Positions 22,509 to 29,750 of a DNA stretch of 32,423 nt are shown here, piece after piece; positions within the stretch are counted from its first letter, which is position 1; each line of letters begins with the position of its first letter. The stretch comes from Salisapilia sapeloensis CBS 127946 (Eukaryota; Protista; Oomycota), in contig JAADVB010000214.1 in NCBI GenBank assembly GCA_023334545.1, forward strand, positions 1 through 32,423, read 5' to 3'. The translations under genes were made by a program, and so were the position numbers. A model generated the notes under the pieces. It searched no databases, had not been told where the DNA came from, and saw only the letters and a program-made list of their open reading frames with translations.

Positions 22509-23903
22509 ATGACCAAGCGGAAGAGCTCCGAGATCGAAACCGAGGCATCTCGATATCTCCAGACGCACGCCGAGAAGCTTGTACGAACTCAGGAAGAGCA
22601 AATAGCTACCTATGAAGCTGTAGGCCAAAATCTACGTCGATCCTATAGTGCTACATTGGATAAAGACGCTTTGATGGCCATGGACCAATTGGTCCAGACA
22701 CTAAGCGAGTATCGTGCCATTGGCGCTGGGAGAACGGGGGATGCATGGCGAGCTCTGGTCACGAGCATTAAATCTGTAGATGCATTAGTACCAACGCTAG
22801 ATGCGCATCATCCCCACAACTCGATCCGAGCTGCATCCAAGTCCATTCGCAAGCTCCGACGTTCCGTCGAGACGCTCATCGAGACAAAAGACGGGAAGAA
22901 AATGAAGCCTTCCATCCGTTCCGAGCCGGCATTGACGCTCGGAGAGAACCAGTGGCTCCCGCGGCTCCTCACGCACCTCCACGCGTGTCTCCCGAGTGAG
23001 GCGGCGTACGGCGCGAACATCTCGCACGGCCTCCGCGCCGTCCATAAACAGGTTCTAAATAATAATCTCTTTTCCTATCTCCAAGTCGTTTACACTGCGC
23101 CTCCAAGCGGCACGCTCCGGATCTCTCCATCGCCCAAGCTCTTGGACTTGGCGTGGCACATGCGGGGGTACCTCGACCACTTGTGCACGTCCGCGCCGCA
23201 GGAGCCAAAGGAGCTTGAGCACTCGTTAAAGCAGATGCACATGGTGTGTATATCGTTCCACGAGCTCGTGCTACACCTGTACGGCCTCGCGATGCGCAAG
23301 GCCGATCGGGACGAGACCTGGCAGAGGCTCAAGCAGCGCGCGGAACAAGCGGTTAAGCACGACATCGAGCAACGGCAATACCTCAAGGAGCATGCGCCGT
23401 GGCTCGAGTCCGGCAGTACGCTCTTGCGCCGCACGGTGTACGCCAGCACCAGCCTCGCGGTGTACGTAGCGGCGCACTGGCAGTCCCACGCAGACGTGTC
23501 CGGCACGAGTCCTCTCGCGGGCGAACCGTACGTCTTGGGCGATCGAAGGGACCTCGCTGCGGCGAAAGACGAGATCCTGTGCGCCATGGACGATAGTAAG
23601 CTCGGGACGGAGGCCTTCACCGGCATGTCCATCGAAGAGGTCGGAAAGCTCGAGGAGTCCGTCAAGCGCTCTCTGCGAATGTTTGTCGACGCCGCCGTGG
23701 AGAATACGTGGGCCGAGTGGGTCCAACGTTTCCGTGACCAGCCTCCACCAGCACGTAGCTGGCGCGACCAGGAACGCGCGATGCTGTCGGTGGGCGACAT
23801 GGTCGATGGCTCCAGGCGCAAGTCCAAGAAAGCCAAGCTCAAGAAAGCCAAGTTCCACGCGCCGACGCGTGTGCAGATCGAGCGACCAAGACAACAAGAC
23901 TAG
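22509..23903 (+). CDS. Hypothetical, mostly helical protein with a basic C-terminal patch (possible NLS)
   Basis: Long intronless ORF (464 aa from the ATG at 22509) with gene-like codon usage. C-terminal RRKSKKAKLKKAK. No family recognised. Confidence 0.8.
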   Translation: MTKRKSSEIETEASRYLQTHAEKLVRTQEEQIATYEAVGQNLRRSYSATLDKDALMAMDQLVQTLSEYRAIGAGRTGDAWRALVTSIKSVDALVPTLDAHHPHNSIRAASKSIRKLRRSVETLIETKDGKKMKPSIRSEPALTLGENQWLPRLLTHLHACLPSEAAYGANISHGLRAVHKQVLNNNLFSYLQVVYTAPPSGTLRISPSPKLLDLAWHMRGYLDHLCTSAPQEPKELEHSLKQMHMVCISFHELVLHLYGLAMRKADRDETWQRLKQRAEQAVKHDIEQRQYLKEHAPWLESGSTLLRRTVYASTSLAVYVAAHWQSHADVSGTSPLAGEPYVLGDRRDLAAAKDEILCAMDDSKLGTEAFTGMSIEEVGKLEESVKRSLRMFVDAAVENTWAEWVQRFRDQPPPARSWRDQERAMLSVGDMVDGSRRKSKKAKLKKAKFHAPTRVQIERPRQQD

Positions 23904-24021
23904 TTAACACGCAAAAGTAGTGTACATTTCCCATCCTCCATCTCTACTCCCGTTCTACGACGCACACTGGTCTCATGTAAAATATGCAAAGCACATGCTA
24001 ATAGTACTCGAAGTCTCTCTC

Positions 24022-25656
24022 CTAGTCGAACGTGACGAGGTGCGAGTCCATGCTGCTAAGCGCAATGGCGAACGCCTGCGCCGGTGAAAACGGATGCGCA
24101 TAGTCCATCGAGTACACTTGCCGGTCCTGTGTCCGACCGAAAAGCATGAGCGTCTTGTCCATGTCGTCTGGGTGCGACAGCAAAAAGTTCTTGACGGACG
24201 CCGCGGCGACACGTCCACCAAAGTCCAGGCAGTACGCCTCCAGCGACTCGATCCACACCGGCGGCTTGTTCATCAAGTGCACGGCGCGAGCGGGGTCCGG
24301 CCGCTCGACCTGCGCGAGCATACTGTCGTCCTTGTGCTCTGGTGCCCAGGCGTCGGCTACCCAGCTCGGCTCTCCGTCGACGCTGCTGTCGACGTCCTCG
24401 AGAGCGTGCACGAGCGGGAGCGCGACACGCATCTGTCGTGGTGACTTGCCGAACGTCGCGGCGTATTGGACGGCACCGGCCTCGGTCGGCGTACTGTCCG
24501 TCGTGTTGTACAAGGTGTACTGGGACCCCATGTAGTTCTTCTCGAGCCGCGCGACTTGCAGGTCACTCTCGTTGTTACTGTCTTCCGGAGACGCGCCAGC
24601 GTAAATGCTAAAGCTCACGGACATATCGTACTGTCGGCGACGCACCGCCGTGCACAGCAGTACGTGCGTGTCTTGCGTGTATAGCTCGTAGTGTCCGCCG
24701 CCTCGCGTGCGGATGTAGCACTGGCTCACGAGCGCCTGGGGTGGCGCCGGTGCCATGAGGAACTGTGTGAGTCGTAGCGGGCTGAGTCGAGCCCGCGCTA
24801 GCAGGCGCGAGCGTAATTCGACGTCAGCGGGTGCTGGTGGCTCCTGTGGAGCTTGGTCGCACGCGCCGACGTGATCATCAAGCGCCGCCTTGCGCATGAC
24901 GACGGAACAGTAAGGGCACTGGACCTTGACTTCGTTCGCCATGCGCTGGGCGTGTCGCGCCGGCACGAGCTTAGTGTGTGTGATCTCGTTGCGGCACATG
25001 GGGCACGAGCCACGGTCGTTGACCCATCGCTCGATGCAGTCGCGGCAGAAGATCTGGCCGCAGCACGAGGCTTCCGTCGCATTCGTGAAGACTTCCTGGC
25101 ACACGGCGCACTCGAGCATCCGTCGCGTGTTCTCCGCGGCCTCAAGCTGTTCGTCGCGCGGAATCGGATCCGACGGCGCGAACGCGACGGACGAGACCAG
25201 ATTGGACGCTGCGAGTGCCGATGCGGCCGTGCGCTGACCATACTGGCGCGATTTCAGCGCCGAGTGCATTTCGAACAGCATGTCGACAACGTCGGAGACG
25301 CTTCGCGAGTTGCTCGGCTCGCTCTCGGCCTCGGGTTCCTCCTGCGGCATGTCCGATGCCTCGTCCATTTGGTTATCAGACTCACTGAATCGAGCCGTCG
25401 GTGCCATCTCCTCTGCGTTGGCAGTGGTTTGAGGGAGCGGTGTGGAGGATCCAAAGAGGTCGACGATGCCTTCGCCGCGCTGGGCGAAGCGCGAGCCGAC
25501 TTCGATGTCCATGGCGAGTCGCGAGGACTGGGACCGGTTGGTCGGTGACAATAGCAAGAGCTCGCTAAGTGACCGCGTCTGGTGCAGTCTTTCGGTGGAC
25601 TTTGGCGCCGTGACGACGCGGAGTCGGCGAGCGTATGGATGGTGCTGGGCTTGCAT
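24022..25656 (-). CDS. RING finger + TRAF-type Zn finger + Tubby C-terminal domain protein
   Basis: RING: CAVC...CCGQIFCRDC...CPMC. A following CPYC...HVGAC finger. Tubby domain: VARLEKNYMGSQYTLY, PRQMRVALP, LMNKPPVW.ESLEAYCLDFGGRVAAASVKNFLL, LFGR...YSMDYAHPFSPAQAFAIALSS. The start is uncertain; 25656 is the first in-frame ATG. Confidence 0.9.
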   Translation of the reverse strand: MQAQHHPYARRLRVVTAPKSTERLHQTRSLSELLLLSPTNRSQSSRLAMDIEVGSRFAQRGEGIVDLFGSSTPLPQTTANAEEMAPTARFSESDNQMDEASDMPQEEPEAESEPSNSRSVSDVVDMLFEMHSALKSRQYGQRTAASALAASNLVSSVAFAPSDPIPRDEQLEAAENTRRMLECAVCQEVFTNATEASCCGQIFCRDCIERWVNDRGSCPMCRNEITHTKLVPARHAQRMANEVKVQCPYCSVVMRKAALDDHVGACDQAPQEPPAPADVELRSRLLARARLSPLRLTQFLMAPAPPQALVSQCYIRTRGGGHYELYTQDTHVLLCTAVRRRQYDMSVSFSIYAGASPEDSNNESDLQVARLEKNYMGSQYTLYNTTDSTPTEAGAVQYAATFGKSPRQMRVALPLVHALEDVDSSVDGEPSWVADAWAPEHKDDSMLAQVERPDPARAVHLMNKPPVWIESLEAYCLDFGGRVAAASVKNFLLSHPDDMDKTLMLFGRTQDRQVYSMDYAHPFSPAQAFAIALSSMDSHLVTFD

Positions 25657-25885
25657 TGGTACTCTTGGAAGGTGGGGAGTCGGGAGCAAGTCGCCAAATG
25701 TGGTCGTCTATAGCATCGATCGGTAGGGGGAGAGATGCGCATGCTGCAATCGAACGACGCTACACTTGGTCAATGTATGTTCGTACCCTCCTGATATCCC
25801 TTCCATCTCGCGTGGTGGCAGGAGACGATGGTCCATTAAAACGGCGACATGTCCGCTCGCGAGCAGGATGGCTGGACGTCCTCGA

Positions 25886-26380
25886 CTAGTTGAGGGCGAG
25901 GACGTCCTGGGCGCCGGTAGTACGCTCAAGTTGCCTGATAGAGGTACCTGATAAAGTGCTGAGGACGAGCGAAGTAGGTGGTAGCGTTTTTCGCATTTGC
26001 TTCCCGACGACCGGCAGTTGGGATGGAGGGACGCAGAGTACCACGGCGTGGGCGCTCCGGCACACGTCGCTATTGTTCGACACGCGTTGCACGAGTTTGC
26101 CCAGATCTGGTCGACCGAGCCACGGCTTGTCCGGGCTCCGGGTGGAGATACTGAGACTTGAAGGCGGATACTCGTGCAAAAGTAGCGTCTCGATGATCGT
26201 AGTCCCGATGAAGCCACAGCCGAGGATCGTGACTTGCGCGATCTGTCTCTCTTCGAGGATACGGAGACATTTCATAGACATGTCTTGAGCCACCTGGTGC
26301 CGACGGTCGTACAGCTCGTGGATCCGACGCGGCAATCGGTTGACGTCCATCAACTCGGGCCGGACATTCAACGCTTCCAT
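25886..26380 (-). CDS. NOXRED1-like / P5C-reductase-like NAD(P)-binding Rossmann protein, 164 aa, apparently lacking a C-terminal domain
   Basis: VTILGCGFIG (GxGxxG), ISTRSPDK (NADP-type) and VVLCVPPSQLP, which resembles the NOXRED1 LCxxPSQL motif. Ends at a TAG at 25886-25888. Confidence 0.75.
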   Translation of the reverse strand: MEALNVRPELMDVNRLPRRIHELYDRRHQVAQDMSMKCLRILEERQIAQVTILGCGFIGTTIIETLLLHEYPPSSLSISTRSPDKPWLGRPDLGKLVQRVSNNSDVCRSAHAVVLCVPPSQLPVVGKQMRKTLPPTSLVLSTLSGTSIRQLERTTGAQDVLALN

Positions 26381-26398
26381 GTTCTTAATCGAATGTAT

Positions 26399-27476
26399 TT
26401 ATAGTGCTTCCTCTACGGTCGTTTTTAATGCATCTACTTGCTCTCGTTTATCTAAACCCATTCGACCTCGCCAGTGGCTAGCTAGTCGCAGCGGCGCTTG
26501 ATCCTCGACAGCTTCTATTAACGCGTCTGCCTCCTCTTTCGAGTTGATGAGACCAAACCAGTCGCCGCTCGGGTACGCTACCACTGCTCAAGACCATTAC
26601 ATACTGGAAGAAGGTATAGAAGGAGAGAACACATACCGTTACCGGCGTGGCGGTGGCCTCCATAATGGCTGGAAGCCCACAACTGGATGTCTCGATGGCC
26701 TTGGTCGATGGTCTCTTGGAGCCACGACAGGAGCTTTGGGCCTTGGCACGCACACCGAAAGTCGCGATTCGCGTGTGCACATATGAGCAAGTGGGTTGAG
26801 GTATCTAGGTTGGAGTACGCCAGGTTTCTACAAGTGGTGAGTGGCGTGGCAGTCGGTCGGAAGGAAGGAAGCGTACTCGTCCTGTAGCGTCTGTTCCATG
26901 CTTTTGCTTTCGTTCGCGACAGTGTGTACGATGGATGTGACTAGTTTACATTAGCTATAGCTTTGGTCATGTCTAGCGCAAAGTCTACTTTGGTCTGGAC
27001 GGATGTCGTGGATGCGAAGGAGATCGGGGAAGACCAAGACGTCATGTGCCGTTTTGCTCATGGCGGAGGAAGAGGGTGGATACGATTGCATGGCCGTGAT
27101 ACGCACATGGCTCGTTCGTAGACTACCACCTCGTTCCTTTTCGACACTTTCGAGCACCTAGGGAAGACGTCAAGTGGGACTCGGCGCATGACATGGAAAT
27201 TTGGACCTGGGCGTAGGTTGCTAGGATGTGGTCCGACTGCTCCAATTTCTTTGGCCAGCGGGCTGGGTCACCTGTCTCGTCCACGATTGCTATATGACGG
27301 TTGTAGTACTATGGTCATGTGAAGGAATGGTCATTTGGATCGATGATGGGCAAGTGTACCGGTACAGAGCCTTCGATGGCTTGTGGCTGGTCTTTGGACG
27401 TCGTAGCTACATTCCGAACCCAAACATTGCCGGGGCGTGAAAGAGCTGGAGAACGGATCAAAGAGCGTTGGAGCAT
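26399..27476 (-). CDS. Sucrase/ferredoxin-like (Apd1/Aim32-type) thioredoxin-like [2Fe-2S] protein, 275 aa, probably mitochondrial; exons 27360-27476, 27207-27308, 26989-27157, 26877-26940, 26637-26827, 26399-26583
   Basis: Five GT-AG introns (51, 49, 48, 49, 53 nt) with consistent phases give MLQRSLIRSPALSR...GSVPYYNRHIAIV...RWPKKLE...DVLVFPD...LLICAHANRDFRC-X28-HYGGHRHAGNVVAYPSGDWFG...HWRGRMGL. This contains the C-X8-C-Xn-H-X-G-G-H ligand motif. The N-terminus is R/S-rich with no acidic residues, like a transit peptide. Confidence 0.9.
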
Positions 27477-27560
27477 GAGTACTGAGGTGAATGCCGAAAT
27501 GACGGAGCAGATCGTCGGAATGCCTCGAAAAGGGGTCAAAAGACCATCATCAAACGCGGT

Positions 27561-27566
27561 GATTGG
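27561..27566 (-). promoter_or_regulatory. CCAAT box upstream of the ferredoxin-like gene
   Basis: CCAATC on the minus strand about 85 nt upstream of the ATG at 27476. The same hexamer occurs upstream of the RNPS1, orphan and JEN genes. A short motif, so a chance match is possible. Confidence 0.35.
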
Positions 27567-28151
27567 ATAAATTCGCGTGCTCTGTCCTAGAAAGTTCAAG
27601 GATTAGCATATATGTTACTGAAGTGAAGGATATATTAATTATTGAGACTATGTCTTTAATAACATATACGTAACTGTGGTTGAAAGAGAATGACTTGCAT
27701 GTCTATCTACTATCGATCTATTATACAAGAGTAATCTCTTCGTGGTCGAATTATCGGTTACTAGATTACCACGATGGGTGTCAGTAGTCAAGTGCTTTCA
27801 TTGTAATATCTCTAGCAATGATACGAATGAAATACCATTCGTTTATCGTTCATGAACGTATTCGAAATGTATCTACTATCATGAACGTCGGTTAGAATGT
27901 GCATCTCTTGAGAATGTACATCTTGTTTTTTGATAGGATGGAAGCACTCAAACGAAACTCCTATCTAGCTCTAGCTCTAGATGCTTTGAAGGATGTATCC
28001 AGTCCGCTATGCAGTCTACTAGACACAAGAGGAACTAGATAAGTAAAAGATAATGAGAAGATAAGAGCGAAATACAAGTTTAATTGAAAACACTTTTGAT
28101 TGAAAGGTATACGCATGGGAAGCGAATGCCCCTAAATGAGAACGAGTAGTT

Positions 28152-29711
28152 TTACGCATAACCAGTCGGAGTCTTCCTGCCTTCACCCTTCTCTGAGTCT
28201 CGTAGGATACGGTCGATGTCACCATGTCCGAGGTGCATCGCTTGCTCCACATCGTCGTCATGAGCCACGTCAAACTCCTTGCCACGGTTCTCCGGGCCGA
28301 TTAACATCAAGAGCGAGACTGTGGCGAAGACGATGGCCATGAAGATGCAGATGACGTTGCCGTACTCGAAGCGATCCACTCCATCCTTTGGCGGCAGTGG
28401 GAAGCTCTCGCCAAGACTTGATTCGATGGTAGACGAGGCCGAAGCGATCAGAGTACCAAGCTGGTAGGACGTGCCGACGATAAAGGTGCTGTAGGACGGT
28501 GGCGAGAGCTCCATGAGGTGGATTGGGATGACGCCCAGCGCGCCTTGTACAGCGAACTGCTCGAAGAAACTGACTGCCACCACGCCATCGTTCTTGATGT
28601 AGCCGTACGGGTAGAGCAGTGCCGCGCCCAAGATGCACATGGTAATGATACTGAGACGACGACCGAAGACCTGCGAGTAGTAGCCCACGACGGCGCCACC
28701 TGTAATGGCACCCAGGTTGGCGATCACCTGCGTCACGGTCACTTGGTCCGGAGTGAATTGGAGCTGGTTCTCGAGCATCGTCGGGTATAGGTCCTGGGAC
28801 CCGTGGCTCATGAAGCTGACGGCACCCATGAGGATCACCATGTACATGAGCAGGAGCCAGTGGCGACGCATGACGACTTTGCCTTCTTCCCAGAACGCTT
28901 TGCCGACGTTTTCGCTCGAGGCCATGACGCGCTGGCGCTGCTGATAGACCTTGGTCTCTGGTAGGCAAAGACGGAAGATGATGATGAGGATGGGAGGGCA
29001 GGCGCCGAACCAGTAGAGAGGTCTCCAGCCGTGGGACGTCGTATTCACGAGCGCTCTGGCGAAAATGACAGCGAGGAGGTACCCGAACGGATACCCTTGC
29101 TGGAAGATACCGGAGAGGAGACCACGCGCGGCAGGTGGGCAGTCCTCGAGGGCGGTAGCAGCGGCGTTACCGTAGAGTCCGCCCATGGCAATACCGAAGA
29201 GCGCGCGGATGGCGAGGAACTGCTCGTAGGTGGTGCAGAAGCCCGTGAGCAGCTCCAGGACGATGAAGAGGATGTTGTTCACGACGAACGGCCACTTGCG
29301 TCCCCATCGATCGGACGCAAGGCCGAACGTGATAGATCCGACAGATCGGAGCATGAGTACGAGTGAGATACCCCACGTGATGTCCGTGTTGCTGCGTCCA
29401 AAGTCTTTCGCGAGGTCGGACACGGTCATGGAAACCGTGAAGAAGTCGAATCCGTCCCACGTCCAGCCTGCAAAGGCGACGAGGAAGAACATCCACTGCT
29501 GCTTGTTGAGGAGTCCCAGCAGCTTGATCGGGTTTTGCACCTTGGTCATCGGCGGCTTGAGCGTCGAGATCCGCGTGCGGAAGTACTCGCCGGGACTAGA
29601 TGCTTCGGACGCGAAAGGGCTCACGTCAGCCTTGGTAGCATACTCCGTCTGGGTCGTGGGCGTGCTGACGTGCTGATAGTCGCTATCGACGTCGTGCTTG
29701 GGGTCTACCAT
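28152..29711 (-). CDS. JEN1: JEN1-family MFS carboxylate/proton symporter (sialate:H+ symporter family), 519 aa, intronless
   Basis: WTWDGFDFF, MLRSVGSITFGLASDRWGRKWP, GIAMGGLYG, ALEDCPPAARGLLSGIFQQGY and the JEN-family signature-like SFMSHGSQDLYPT. About 12 hydrophobic segments. Confidence 0.93.
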   Translation of the reverse strand: MVDPKHDVDSDYQHVSTPTTQTEYATKADVSPFASEASSPGEYFRTRISTLKPPMTKVQNPIKLLGLLNKQQWMFFLVAFAGWTWDGFDFFTVSMTVSDLAKDFGRSNTDITWGISLVLMLRSVGSITFGLASDRWGRKWPFVVNNILFIVLELLTGFCTTYEQFLAIRALFGIAMGGLYGNAAATALEDCPPAARGLLSGIFQQGYPFGYLLAVIFARALVNTTSHGWRPLYWFGACPPILIIIFRLCLPETKVYQQRQRVMASSENVGKAFWEEGKVVMRRHWLLLMYMVILMGAVSFMSHGSQDLYPTMLENQLQFTPDQVTVTQVIANLGAITGGAVVGYYSQVFGRRLSIITMCILGAALLYPYGYIKNDGVVAVSFFEQFAVQGALGVIPIHLMELSPPSYSTFIVGTSYQLGTLIASASSTIESSLGESFPLPPKDGVDRFEYGNVICIFMAIVFATVSLLMLIGPENRGKEFDVAHDDDVEQAMHLGHGDIDRILRDSEKGEGRKTPTGYA

Positions 29712-29744
29712 GGTGCTACAATCAAGCGTGTGGAGTTGGAGGCT

Positions 29745-29750
29745 GATTGG
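29745..29750 (-). promoter_or_regulatory. CCAAT box upstream of the JEN transporter
   Basis: CCAATC on the minus strand about 35 nt upstream of the ATG at 29711. A short motif; if it is this close to the ATG it may lie in the 5' UTR. Confidence 0.3.
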
